The position numbers were made by a program, and so were the translations under genes. DNA of 54,134 bases from Intoshia linei (lineage: Eukaryota > Animalia > Orthonectida), in assembly GCA_001642005.1 (NCBI GenBank), contig LWCA01000108.1, positions 1 through 54,134 of the forward strand, read 5' to 3'. Shown here one piece after another: positions 36,101 through 49,939 of the stretch. Every line of letters starts with the position of its first letter. Positions within the stretch are counted from its first letter, which is position 1. Below the pieces are notes generated by a model. It searched no databases. It was not told the origin of the DNA and saw nothing but the letters and a program-made list of their open reading frames with translations.

Positions 36101-39100
36101 ATACGCCAATTTTTTTTAATTGTTTTCTTGTGAGTTACAATGGAAAAAAGGTTTAGAAAAAATGTTTTAAATAAACTCGCGACCCACTGATTTACTAGCC
36201 CTGATGTACAGCTACATAAAAAAATTGTATAACAAGTGAATATGTAAATCTCTTTACAAATCTTATAAGTTGTAGTTTAACGATTGACAGATAAGAACTC
36301 TGATAAGTTCATCTTAAATAAAAAGATATCCAAATCTCGATTCAAACCTAGCCACGCAGAATTCAATTATATGACTATAACCACTCTGCCAGTTATACAT
36401 CATAAGTGAGTTATATCAAAAGTATATATTCAAATCTCGATTAGTATGATAGCAATACTATATGATCTAAAATATGATCACTACATGTAGGTATAAAAGT
36501 ATCTGAAACGATTAACCGCAATTTAAAATAGAAATAAAAGATAAAATGAAATTTACATTTTACCAAATAAAATTAATTAAATAAACTAAGATTACTATCG
36601 ATTTTAAAATTTAATTGGATTGAACTTTATGGAACTGAAAAAATAAATATTTCCTTTTTAGTAGACACAGGATCACAAATTAATTGCGTGAACATAGACG
36701 ATTATAAGAAATTTAAAATTTCTCCCAATCTAAATGAGCCTAAACACACAATACACACAATTCGGGCTGATAAAGGCGAGATAATCAATGTTTTCGGTAT
36801 ATGTGATTTCATCTTGAGTCCAAACGATATTTTTAAAGCCTATATTACTAACACGTCTAATATTATAGGATGTCGATTTGCACTGTTGAAAGGATTGATA
36901 CATATCAATAGATTATGCAACGAATTATTTATTAATAAAACTATTTTTAATGAATTAAAAGAAGTTAACATAAGTTAACATAAGTTATCTGAATATCGTT
37001 CAACGTTATAGTACAGTTTTTTTAAATCAATCCGGAATTACCAAAATCGGTTGCCATTTAATCGAACTTAAGACTGAATTTCTGGAAATAACATCACGAG
37101 CGTTTCCTATACCAATGCACCAGCGCGATCGCCACGATAAATGTATTCAAGAGATGCTATTAAACGGATATATCGAACCATGTAACAGTTCCTTCCGTTC
37201 GAATTACTTTTTCGTAAAAAAGAAGGATGGTACAGACCGCTTCGTTGTCGAGTTTAGAAAACTTAATTCACATACGGTGCGTGACACTTATCCTATACCG
37301 TCAATACGGTTATGCTTAGATTTCCTGGCTAACAAGAAGGTATTTTCTGTACTGGACCTAACGAGCGGGTTTTGGCAGATACCGTTGCTTAAAGCGGATA
37401 GACCAAAAACAGCATTTTCGACTCCTTACGGAAAAAAATTGTACCAATTCTGTGTGATGCCATTCGGGCTTACTAACGCTTCGGAAACATGTCAAAAAAC
37501 AATAGATATAGCTTTACAAGGGTTACCTAATGTAATGGTATACCTTGACGACATAATTATCGTATTGAGTACATAAATTGAACATAAAAAAGATTTATCG
37601 GCAGTATTAAGTCGGCTGAAAGAAGCAAATTTCACCGTAAAACCAAAAAAGTGTTTAATTGGTAGTTCTGAAATAATTATTTTGGGTCACAAAGTTAATA
37701 AAAATGGAATTCATGTAGACCCATATAAATCCAAAGCAATAAGAGTCTATTGTCTATTCCGAAAAATATCAAACAACTCAGGCGTATTTTGGGAATATGT
37801 ACATACTAGAGCCATCCAAATCGGGTGCTCTAAAGTCGTTAAGCAACAATACATAACAATTGTTTACATTTCGTATAATTTTAAATAACTTACAAGTCGG
37901 ATGCTCTTAAGATGCTCTAAAGTTGTTAAATAGCAAGTACTACATAGAATTGTGTACATTTCATATACTTTTAAATAAAATGTAAACAAATAAACACAAT
38001 TATGTAATTCACAATGATGCAAACTTCTTTAAGAGCATACTAAAAATCTCAATAAGTAAATTTAATCTCAAGTTCTACTTGTGATCATATCAATACAATT
38101 GTATTTTCATTGCTATGTAATTCTAATTATTTAAGTTGTGCCGTTTTTTCCTACAATCATCAAAATATAGTTATCATAATTGTAATTTCGAAAAAGATCC
38201 GAAATTGTCTAAACAACAAAATCCATATAGAAAAAGAGATACCAGGAGACCTGATTATTTAAATGATTATTATCTTGATGGGGAGGTGTAATATTAAATA
38301 CAATTCAATTTCAACTTCAATACAACAATAACCACAATTCTTAACTTAAACATAATCATCTGAACTTAACTTACTATCTATTATCAATCAAAACAAAATA
38401 TCTACTGTACAAATACTTATAATTAAATTATTGTTCCGTACAAGCTCTTACTAACTAACTTAGACGGTATATCATTACAGTTCGATTAATATTAAAGAAT
38501 ACAGAGTAATAATATTACCAACATCACAGCCGAACCAGTAAATAAACTTAATCTTTAACTGAAGAGGAAGTTAGAAAAGCCATCTCCAAACTAAAATCAA
38601 ATAAAGCAGCAGGAATAGACAACATCAAAGCTGAATACCTACATCACTCTCCACCTATAGTCCACAGTTATATTGTCAACATCCTAAATGAAATTGCAGA
38701 AACAGGACTTTACCCCATCGAAATTAAAAGAGAAATTCTAATACCACTAAAAAAAATCAAACAAGAAACCAGGGCCATGTGCCCATTTTAGACTAATAAT
38801 CCTTCTATCACTACTTCGAAAAAAACTCGCAATCGTTATGTTAAGTAGAACAGGTCTCAAAATAAACAACATATACCACCGTCGCCTGCCAGAGAAACAG
38901 ATCAACAACAGAACACGTCTTCACCTATAAACTACTAGCGGAAAAAGGCATCACTTCAAACAACTATGAATTTCATTTTTTTTTCATGGACTTGTCAAAG
39001 GCTTTTGACACCGTTCATCGAGCTAATCTAATTGAAGATCTGAGACGAATAGTTGTAAAAAGATGAACTGCACATTATGAAAATTCTCCTGGAAAATATC

Positions 39101-42100
39101 GAATACACTGTGAGATGCGGTAAATCTTTTTGTGAAACTTTCATAACAAATACAGAATTACCACCAGGAGACAGTTTCAGTGCAGTTTTCTTCATTTTAT
39201 ATCTCGCCAAAACTCTTGGATACATTTATCACCTAAAAGACCACACATATGCTTTACCATCTCACCTCCATCCTCAGATGAAACCAAAAGAATTAATTTA
39301 TCATGATTACTGCACTTCACCAACTAAAATACACAAAATGTTGAAGGAGTCAATAAACATTGATACACAGTATGCTGAAGATTGTGGTTACGCAGTAGTT
39401 ACTCAGAACACAAATGCCATTCATTACATCAAGATTATAACTCTTCAAATCCTTAAAAGTAGGCACCTCCTATGTAATGAAGAAAAAACGGAACTCATGT
39501 TAGCAGGAAAAACAAGGATGGTTCCTGGAAAAAGTGTAAATACCTTGGATCCAAGCTAAATACTGATGATAACATAATAAACAGAACATCTCTAACAAAT
39601 AAAGCCATGAATAACCTGAGTGAAGTATGGAAAAGTAAACTATCTATAAATACCAAAATGATAATCTTTAATGCTTTTATAAAAAGTGTCTTTATGTATA
39701 ACACATGCTGATGGACTCTGAAAAAAAGAAGCTATAATATCATAAACTCCACACATAGAAAATTGTGACTAAAAGCTTTAAATATTAGTTGGCCAAATAA
39801 AATATCCAATCAAGATTTCTACTTTCAAACTCAACAAACGCCTTGGACAACCATTATTCAAAAACAAAGATTTCGATGGCTAGGACACATTCTTAGATTA
39901 CCAGAAGATACCTTATGTAGGCAAGCTTTATACGAATTTCAAAGAACTACACCCAGAACAAGATGTGCATTTATCTCCACCTGGTATAACCAATTCATAA
40001 AAGAACTTAAATCAAGAGATATTGATACAACAAACTTGGAACTTTTAGCTAATTATAGACAAAGGTGAAGGAACATTGTAGCAAAATTCTACGATCTGTA
40101 GTGTCAACCGACCTAAACGCAGCGAGAAAAAAAATACAATTTTATTAAAACATTGTGAAGCGCAAAAGGGTTTTTTTAAAGTGAAAAAACAAATATGAAA
40201 ACACTATATTGTTAATTAAATTCGAAAAATAAAATTCATATGGTTATATTTACACTACGATTTTACTCATACTATCAGAATCGAACATACCATGTTCGAT
40301 GCAACCAAAAATGAATCTTCTTAAACGAATTATTTTTCATATAACCCCTAGCAACCTCTCTCATGCTCTTGATTTGATATTTTATATTTAACACACAAAA
40401 TAGCTACCAAATTCAATAATATATTTTTTTAATACTCTAATTTGGAAAAATGAGGCCACCCTTATAAAAATATTTTTGTAAAAATCGTCGGCGACCCGAG
40501 AGCAGGGCCGTAGACATCTAGTAGTAGGCCATTTAAATTTATTTTAAAATATGGGATTTGTATACATAGCTTAATCTATCGTTCATTATAAATTTAAAAA
40601 TAACTAATTGGACTGTTAATAGAACATTTTATTCAACGATAATTTTGGTACATTATCTATTAAAAAAGTAGGCCCTCATGATTTTAGACCCGAATCATAT
40701 GGCCCTAACGCCTCTCCACGGTCCACGCGACGGCAGTACGTGGTACGCTATTGAATAAATGTTTAGTGATAATAAAAATGTAAAAATAGTAACTTCTTGT
40801 GGTGGTTTGGTAATACAATGAAGATGGATTTATTTTATGGTATTCCAGAGTATACTTTGATTTTGCCAAATCATTGAAATGTTTAGAATTGTCACTTGGC
40901 TTAAAAGTTTTATAATATGGGTTATTCTTGCATCTAAATAGATTTTTGTTAATTTAAATAAAACATGATAGAAATAATGCAAAAAAATGTATATTATTAA
41001 TCGTACATGTTTTTCATATTCTTCAATTCAGAACATTCTGTACCCAAAAATGGATATTTCCAAACAGAATTCATTAAATTCCTAACGAAACTGTCCTTAG
41101 TACTTTCAAAATTACTTTCATCGGTTCTATATATATTTAAAATGGAAATATAAAAATATGGATTTACGAAAAAAATGTGGTTGGAGATCTTTGATACATG
41201 GATAAAAATCTAGACACTCTAACTTTTTGACGAAACATGTCTCCATTACAATTAGAAAATGTGATTAATATACAAATTAATATAGCAGGACATAATATCT
41301 GTATAAACGACATTAAATTAAATTTCAAATTTTAATAATTACATAAGTGAGAGGAACAATAAAACTATTTTTTAATGCTTTATATTTTTCCAACATCACT
41401 GCTTGAAATTGGAGCATTAATAATTGACAACAATTATTATTTGCTGGATGATAAGTATTATCACATTCTAATTATATAAAATTATACTTTAAAAAATATA
41501 CCTTTTTGTTTTTTTTTATTTAGGTGTTTTAAATTAGTTAAAATCTAAGAATAGTATTATTTTAAATAGAAATGCTATACTTCGAAAATGCCTGAATCTT
41601 GAATAGAAAAATCAATAATGTGAAATTTTTCTGCCAAGGTATTGTAATTTTTTAAAATTGATGTTAAAAGGTGCTTCATATCATGATGAACATGAATTTG
41701 AATTTCATTTCCCAATTGCTCAACAAGTTCAATTGAAAAAATTTTCGATTTTAGATGATTAAACACATCATCTAAATTTTAAATTGTAACAAAAATTTTT
41801 GACTCAATACTTATATTTTTGTTGGAAATTTTTGATAATTTAAATTTTAAAACAAAGAATGGTGAATATTTTGTTTTTAATTCGTTTAGACTTGCATTGC
41901 TTTGAATTGATCCATTTTTCATTACAACAATATTGTCAGATTGTCGTTCAGCTTCATCTTCGAAATGTGTTGAAAATAAAACAGAAAAATTGTCTAGATA
42001 AAAATACAATTAGAGTAAAAATTTAACAATTATTATTAATTAAATTATCAGAGACTTTTTTGACAATCCCCGTTTAAGAATTACTGACGTATTAATTTTA

Positions 42101-45100
42101 AGAAATACATTTTTCTTTTTGTGTTCGTATGAAATTCCATATATTGATACGTGACGCTTCGTCAACACCTGCAGTAGGTTCGTCCAAAATAACAAATCGC
42201 TTGTTACCGTAAAATGCCAAAGCTACACAAAGTGAACGTTTCATTCCACCTACATTCTATTATATATCAATGTATATTTATTTATACTGTAAATTAACAA
42301 TATAAAATATTTAGTGTACTTTTAAATCAGGGTTTCTCCAGTTACAACTCATCTGATTTAGTTTAGGGTGGCGGGATTAAAACAAATTCGTTTTAGTCGA
42401 TCACATCCAAATCTTTTTGACGTGACAAAAAACTGAAATATTATTTAATGGACCGTGGCTCGCTGACAATATAATTTTCACGAACCCAGATTTACACCAT
42501 AGAAGTAAATACTTAATAATACAAAATGTTTTGTAATTAATATTTGAACCTGACATTGTAGTAGCCAATTCTTTTGTTTTAGCTTCTAATCCAATTTCTT
42601 TAATTTTGTTTAAATAATTTTGTTTATCATGTAATCCGAAAAATTTTGAATATAAAATGAAATGATCTTCTACAGTTAAGCTATATTTTAATTTTGTATA
42701 GGTTTTTGAATTATAAATTATAATTATTAAAGCTTTAAATTTATAGCTAAACTTACTTTTCGAGAATTAACGATTTTTGTGAGCAATAACCAACAGATGA
42801 CACTCCAATGCTAGAGTCATCATCTAAGAAAAATTTAATTGATCCCTTCTTCGGCTTAATCATCTTCAATATTATTTTCCTAAAATATCTTTTTAATCAT
42901 GCATTTCAACTTGATTTATATTACAAAATCTTTTTTAATACCAATACCTATATTGAATATTAAATATTACATTTTGTTTAGGTTAAATAGAAAAACTGTA
43001 TAAACTATGATTTGTTATAATATTTCAGGACGTTTATTTTTTTTCATTTTTTAGAATAATAAATAACTGTAGTTTTGACCTTGAAGTTGCAAATTGCAAA
43101 TAAAAAAATTTATCAGAATAGATTAGCGTCCCAGAATTTATGTTTTTTAAATCTGTGGGTTAATATTTCAAATTTGTGGCTGTTTTTATTAATAAACAAA
43201 AAGGAAAATTGGGTTTTTGACCTTGATGGACTCAAATTCGGAAACTGAAAAATAGATATAAACACGCCATGAGAAACACTGAATTGGAAATTTGGTTTTT
43301 AATTTATATTAAATTTAAATTAATTTATAAAATTCTTTGCAATTATGGTAAAATTCACTTGAAATATGTTTATAAAGTATTGATTCCGTTAATTATGATA
43401 CATAATTGGTATTATTAAGTTATTATTTATTAAATTGGTACTGAACATATATTATTACAGTGAAAATAACAAAATAGGTTTTTATAATTTTATTTTTGCT
43501 GTAATTTATGCTACTTAAGACAATGTTTAGGATTGGACTGTTTTGACTTTATTTTTAATGTTATACACAGATTCTGTCTAATAAATTAAAAAAATGGGAT
43601 AATAATTGTTTTTAAAATTTTTTACACAAATGATAACAAAATAAATTAAAATAAAATAATTATCTTTAAAGTAAAAAGTAATGTGATATGGCGGTTCCAC
43701 CTAAAACAAGTTTGGGAACCACTATTTGAAATGATTGATAATTGTGAATAGTAGGATTTTTAAGTTGGATTTTCAACGTGAATTTATTTTTTTGGTAGAA
43801 TTAAAATATGCCCTCTGCAGAGCTAGGTGCTGTTTATACGTAGTACCTAACAGTCAATCTAGTTTAATATATATTCAATTAAATTTAGTCATAATGGAAA
43901 AAAAATATTAAATTAGTTGGCGTTAATTAGAAATAATTATTATAATTGCCCAAATATCACATTTTTTATTTCTCTAAATAACTCCCTACAAAGTTATGTT
44001 TTCTACGTTTGTACTAGGTATAAAAACAGAATATACAGCACTAGTTAATAATAAATATAAAAGTACATTAATGTGCTTTTCCCAGATCCATTTTCTCCAA
44101 TCAAACATGTTATATTATTATTGTAGAGTTTTATTGTTACATTATTTAAAATTTTTTCTTCTTTATCAAACCAATAATACACATTTCTCACATCAATGAT
44201 TACATTTTCATCGTTTCCTTCTATATATATAATAAACAATGAAAAAACTTTAAATTACCAATTTCGTTTTGATTAGAAGATTCACTCTGATTAGAACTGA
44301 GTAAATGTCTGAAATCATTAGAATTCGATTTGACAAAAATTTTTTTCATAATAATTTTGTAATTATCTAAAAAAAATTTCTTCATTTTCAAAAAACCTAA
44401 ATAAGAAATAATGATGTATTAAATGAAAATTATGAAAATGAATACCGTCGTTGAATATAATGCAAAGAAATATCAAGTATATCAGTGATATACCCAAAGA
44501 TGTACCTATCACACTTTTAAGTGAAAAATAACGATGGTACCATACAGACGCCACAAAAAAATTGTCGTAAAGAACATAGATAAAATTGAGCCAAGCGGAA
44601 AAAGGATTAAAACTCTAAAAATAAAATATTAAAGTGTTTAATATGGAAATCACCATAATAATCATGTACGAATAGCTTAAATCAATGTGAACATTATAAG
44701 TTAGAACATTAGACCCAAGTGAAATGAAAATACAAGTCATAATGACAATAATTTTCATAATTATGGATTTGACGCATTTAGATAACAGACACATGAACGA
44801 AAATAATTGAACCAACACTAAAGAACTCATAAATATAATTATGGGTATTTTTCCTTTCAGTATATAGTGTTGAATCTAAAATATATAAATATCAATTTAA
44901 ATTTATCTTACGTCGACATAGAGCAAAAAAAGGTATAGAGACAGTATATTTTTGATTAAAAAAATCAACAACATTGACATGTAATATACATGCCATGGAA
45001 CATTATTGTTGCGCAAAGTTTTCATAAATATATTATTATCGTGGATATCAATTTCATTTATCACCAAAAACATGATAATTAAAAAGAAAATGATCAAACA

Positions 45101-47095
45101 CGGATGAATTGCCTGTACTAAATTGTCTTTGTTTCTAAATTTTAATTAATTCATATTTTTATTCTTTTTGATATTACCCATATATTTTATTGGTTACTGG
45201 ATATATTGAATAACCAATAGTGTGGTAATTTAATTTTTTTAAATCCACATTTTTATCTTTTTCTATTATAAATGAAGCAATGAATAAATACTGAATGTAA
45301 AGATTTTTATAAAAATGGACTTTTTTGTAAATATTTCTTGTTTTGCCTCTAATAATATTAATAAATTATTTTATTAAATTATTATTTTTAAAGGACCATT
45401 CATAATGGAATGGTCACATCTTTTATGGTCCCGGATTAATTATTAGATGCGACATTTTAAAATTATGAAAAAATTCCTCTTTTCACATATATAATGTTCA
45501 TTCCTGTCCAAGGTCAAATAGGATCAAAAATTAAAAACAAGACCAAAAAATATATAAAATTTAAATTATAATTTATAAATATTTCAAATTTTAATGATTA
45601 TTAATTCTAACTGTTAACTATCTGACATGTTTCACTAAATATTTAATAAAATTACAAAAACAAATCGACGTTTTGAAACAATGGACTCATGTTGCTCGAT
45701 AAATAATGTACAGTATATTTTAAGCCATATTTATCAGTTTTATCAAATTCCAATACAGCTAAATATAAAAATAAAATTTCAATATCAGATTAGACAATTT
45801 AATTTTCTATTTATATCATTTCCACCTATCAATATCATTTCATCAAAAATATATAAATAACAAACTTTAAACAACATAATTTTTAAAGTTTACATGATGC
45901 TTCAGGCAGACGAACTGTGTAATCTTCACTTTTTACCGGAATCAATTCAATTGGATCCATCTATAAAAATAAAAATTAGATTAAGTGGTTAACAAGTGTA
46001 AATACATTTAAAAATTGTTTAAATTTTTTTTGGTCATATTTAACATTGTTTTTTTCATCTTTAAATTTTAAGTCGCACAATTTTTTAAATTTTTCATCTC
46101 GATGTTGATACTTCTAATTTATAATACTTATTAAAGCTTTATTATAGATTACACAATCAAATTCTAAATTGTTGTAATAATCTGTGATTTCTTTTTTATA
46201 TTTTTTGATATGACGATACTAAATTAAACATTTTCAAAACTATATTTAAATAATCATTATTAATCATATTAAATTTACAGCTTTAACAATTCTAATCAAG
46301 GTTGGATTTGTGTCGTCATTCTTATAGTAGATACTCTTCAACATATCATGGGCCACATCCCTTTCATAAGTCTGAATAAAAAATTACATTATATATTATC
46401 AGTAATATTTATAATCTTGCTAATTACTTCTCTAGCACTACAGTTTCGATCTAAATAAATAATTAATATATTTAATAATATCATAATTATCAATGAATTA
46501 ATGTCATCAACTGAAAACTCTCCAAAAAGTGACCACTCCCAAAAACTAAAAGCAACATATTTTATCAGAAATGGTCACTAGTGTAATTATAATTCTGAAC
46601 AAATAATATTACATGGAAATCTAAAAAATATCAATAAAAAAAATTAATTAAAAAATTTTTAAATTACGATGTGTCAATATTTTGAGATGGGTGCGTGCAA
46701 GCGTATTTTTGAGAGTCTAAATAATATGTATTTCAATGCAAAAATTGTAATATAATTTACATTATGTATAGTAAGAAAATATATAACGCAATATTTGTTT
46801 TTATATACCTGATTTTTGAATACGTGTAGCTAAATCTTTGTAATAGGAATTGCATATAATGGCATAAAAGCTAACTGGAAATAATAAGAGAACCAAATTA
46901 AAAATCTAAATAATTTTTTTATTAGTTCTTGTTTATTTGAAATACGTTTCAAGTGAAGATTTTACATTTCTTATCCAAATAATAATAAAAAATTACGAGA
47001 GCATATTTGGAACAATTTTTCCTTACTAAATACCAGATACATCCGTTGTAATTATGTATCAACAAATTGGTAGATTTCTTTATTTTTCTAAACAT
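30115..47095 (-). CDS. Full-length ABC transporter subfamily A (TMD-NBD-TMD-NBD), many exons
   Basis: N-terminus MFRK...[21 protein letters not shown]1: GENGSGKST (~44080), [37 protein letters not shown]2: GRNGSGKTT (~33570), [23 protein letters not shown]-terminus SLQQ/MFAKL...SGR*. Start codon and internal exon borders are approximate. Confidence 0.88.
31135..31200 (-). mobile_element. Helitron-like family 3' terminus in an ABCA intron
   Basis: Reverse strand reads AAAATGTGGCCTCGGC...CTGTTTGTACGAAATACATAACA..CTAG|T, as at 16790-16842. Confidence 0.7.
32834..33475. mobile_element. hAT-type non-autonomous element, 642 bp, in an ABCA intron
   Basis: TIRs CAGAGCCGT / ACGGCTCTG; TSD GTCGGTTA/GTCAGTTA; subterminal CCCTGGGCTA motifs at both ends. 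Confidence 0.85.
36338..36391 (-). other. tRNA-derived relic (Pol III A and B boxes), possible SINE head
   Basis: Minus strand TGGCAGAGTGG (A box) and GGTTTGAATCG (B-box-like), with starts 43 nt apart as in tRNA genes; does not fold into a cloverleaf. Confidence 0.4.
36600..38479 (+). mobile_element. Decayed Ty3/Gypsy LTR retrotransposon (protease, RT, pol tail, PPT, 3' LTR)
   Basis: Protease [10 protein letters not shown]; [42 protein letters not shown], then a stop and frameshift. Pol tail [15 protein letters not shown]; PPT ATGGGGAGG; LTR 38287-38479 bounded by TGTAAT...ATTACA. RNase H and integrase core are missing. Confidence 0.88.
38480..40134 (+). mobile_element. 5'-truncated non-LTR retrotransposon (RTE-like), disrupted RT
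   Basis: [63 protein letters not shown] and [13 protein letters not shown], with frameshifts and stops; A-rich 3' end near 40127-40134. Confidence 0.85.
43020..43300 (-). mobile_element. Degenerate inverted Helitron-like 5' fragment
   Basis: AAAATTGGGTTTTTGACC and TTTTGACCTTGAAG are reverse complements of the family subrepeat. Confidence 0.5.
43330..43862 (+). mobile_element. Helitron-like family 3' half in an ABCA intron
   Basis: Colinear with 16380-16841; ends CTGTTTATACGTAGTACCTAACAGTCAATCTAG|T. Confidence 0.8.
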
Positions 47096-47520
47096 TATAT
47101 TTCCATCATGAAATATAGTTGAATACAAAGTGTAATGTAAATATATACTTTTTATACTTCTAGATATTTAGTATAAACTCATTTCTATATAAATTTCATT
47201 CAAAAACAGAATTTACTAATTCATTTAGTTTTTAATTGACAGCTTCTTCTTTTTTATTGTAAAAATCTCATTTTACCCATTATGAGAACCTCCAAATATT
47301 GGAAAGTATTTCGGCCCATGATTATATACCATTACTCGTGCGTATTGGACCAATCCGATTGATGCATTTGATCGTGTCAATGAAATATTTACAAAAATGT
47401 TACCTTTAATTAAGTTTAAAACGATAGATTTTAATTTTATTGAATTTTATTTGGAATACCGCTATTTTACTTTTAATATTACTGTTAGTTGATAATTGTT
47501 AAATGTTGTAATTGTTAATA

Positions 47521-48858
47521 CGTCAACCTGTTCAACAAGAACACCTCACATAATTATGTGAGTTGATTATAATCAACTATTTTTTATGTCATCATACTTT
47601 TAAGAATCTAGATTCTAGATTCTAGAATGAATTAAAGCAAACAATTATCAATTATTTTATAGTTTACAGCAGTTTTTTTGAGGGTCAATAAAATTTAATT
47701 TAATTTCGGTAAATATGCTTCATTGAAATTTAAAATTGTCTTTTGATTTACATTTTTGGAATCGCCAATAATTTTGTTGGACGATATACATTGTTGTATT
47801 GAGTATTTTTATTATGTATTGTGTATTTTTATTAGAGGTGGAAATTTTGGGCACAACACAACACAATACTCAAGCTCAAAAAATTTTGAGTTCAAATAAA
47901 GTTCAAATTTTGTCAAACTCATTTTTGTTCTCTTGCAACTATCTATAGTTTTTAAAATATTGAAGGATTGTTCTACAGATACCTGGAAGCAGGGAATTAC
48001 CAATATAACCATAGCAATCTGAAGTAACATAGGCATTGATTCTTTAAAATTATTCCACTGTTTTATTGGATTGATTGCATAATCAATTTCTATATCATAA
48101 AAAATGTAATTATTAATTTCTGCTAATTAATAAGTCAAGCTCAAAAATTTTTTTCACAATGAGCATACTCAATACATAACTCATTGAGTTTTGTGCCACC
48201 TCTAATTTTTATAAATGAAGCTAGCCAGCCATTTAATGCTTTAAAATTTTGATTTATAAAAAAATTTTAAAATTTGTAACGCTTTTTGTTATAAAATTTC
48301 TACACTAACACTTATATTTTGTGTTCGTTGAATTTGAAACCACTCGTATAGAATATCATCTACTTGAATTCCCGATCTTCAATGAGGTTTACGTTTTTGA
48401 TTGAAGTTTACTATTGAGTCATTTAGTATAGAGTCCTTATGTTTTTTAAATATTGTTACAGTTCCTACAGATATATCACGTTTGGCAGCTAAAAATCTCT
48501 GATAACAATTGGCATCGTCTTTAAATATTCTAATAATTTTCTTTTGCCAGTCAGAGATAAATCTTTTATTTTTCGCTTTTTAATTTGATGTTCAATGTTC
48601 ATATTAAAAAAATAAAAATATAATAAAATCAGTTTAAATGTGACAGAAAAATATAACAACAGCCAACATTAAATTAAAATAATTTTATTTTAAATAGACT
48701 AATGTTAAGTGTACAAAATGAAAAGATTCATATAAAACAAATCACTTTTCCTAATTCTTCTATAGTATAGAATCTATACAAAAAAATCAATAATTATTAA
48801 GTTTGTTCAAATTAAGTTATATTCAATGAATATTATGCATATGGAACAGGTTTGACTG
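47521..48858 (-). mobile_element. Decayed pogo/Tigger DNA transposon
   Basis: Ends TA|CAGTCAAACCTGTTC (minus, 48858) and TA|CGTCAACCTGTTC (47521). Minus strand 48602-48210 encodes HTH_psq-like KRKIKDLSLTGKRKII...QRFLAAKRDISVGTV and CENP-B HTH-like VDDILYEWFQIQR..NISVS..IL*QKAL...FKALNGWLASF. Confidence 0.75.
47833..48204 (-). mobile_element. Internally deleted hAT element nested in the pogo relic
   Basis: TIRs TAGAGGTGG / CCACCTCTA; perfect 8-bp TSD ATTTTTAT (47825-47832 and 48205-48212). Carries the hAT dimerisation fragment MPMLLQIAMVILVIPCFQVSVEQSFNILK. Confidence 0.88.
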
Positions 48859-49939
48859 TATATAATTTTTTTGGGGCTCCACAGGTATTTTCAATACCAT
48901 CGTAGGGACCACAGCAAAAAAGTGTTGAGAATACTTTACCCTAATACTCCCAGTGTGACCATATGGTCACACAACATTACAATTATAAAAACACGTATCA
49001 AATTGAAACAAAGTTAATTAAATATGAAAAATTAAATTAATTAGTATATTATATAACATTCGAGTATATTAGTTATGAGTTTTCACCGATTAGCCTTTTG
49101 TGTCACTTACAGTGGGCCAAAATGATTTTTCAAAGCAAAAAAAAATTCACTAAAAAAATTTTTTTATTTTTTTTGGTTTAAGTTGTGATAACTGAATTTA
49201 AGGAATACCATATGATGAATTCATGTATTGGCTAAAATTTGATGAAATAATTAGGTATATTGACGATGCGGTTTTATATACACGATTTTATTTGCCTTAT
49301 TCTCCCAATGTTAACATATGGAATGTGAAATAACTCCATAACTACAATTGGTAATTACCTAAAATTATATATGGGGAAAAATAGGCAAGTATGTATTAAC
49401 TTCCTAAATTTTTAGAAAAATCGAAGCCAAAAAATTGGAAAAATTTGTTTGGGAAATTACTGTTACATTTTAACTGCAATTATTTTTATATATCATTCTC
49501 ATTGTTTACTTCACACAATAATATGAACACTAATAAAATTTTGTACCATCATGTCCATAATGAACAGGATTGACTTTAGTTACTAATTTTTATTTAAGTG
49601 CGGTAAATACAGTTCATAGACCTCGATCAATTGTACATCAGAATATGCTAACAAACCCAAGTTAAAACTTAAACAGTATCAATCAATGGTGTTTATATTT
49701 ATTTAATATTTCATCAGATAAAAGTGGTCCCTACAAATACACGTTATGACTGAAAAACAACAGAAACAACTAATATTACAAAATAACATCATTTTATGGT
49801 GTTCTGACAACAAATTTTTTTAAGTGGTGATTCTGTCAATTATAATAATTATTGACACAAAATATTATTTACTCATCGAAAGCAGACACTGAATATACAA
49901 TGTATATTTATTTGTTTATTTACAATTTGATTTTTTCTG

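Noticed and set aside
36330-36400. Functional tRNA gene
   Set aside because: Acceptor, anticodon and T stems do not pair; kept only as a tRNA-derived relic.
36271-36485. Candidate 5' LTR of the Gypsy element
   Set aside because: It has TG...CA ends but no similarity to the 3' LTR (38287-38479), and no TGG primer-binding site follows.
30115-47095. Two separate ABC half-transporter genes
   Set aside because: Same strand, TMD-NBD-TMD-NBD order, one ABCA-type N-terminus and one C-terminus; the gap is explained by intronic retroelements.
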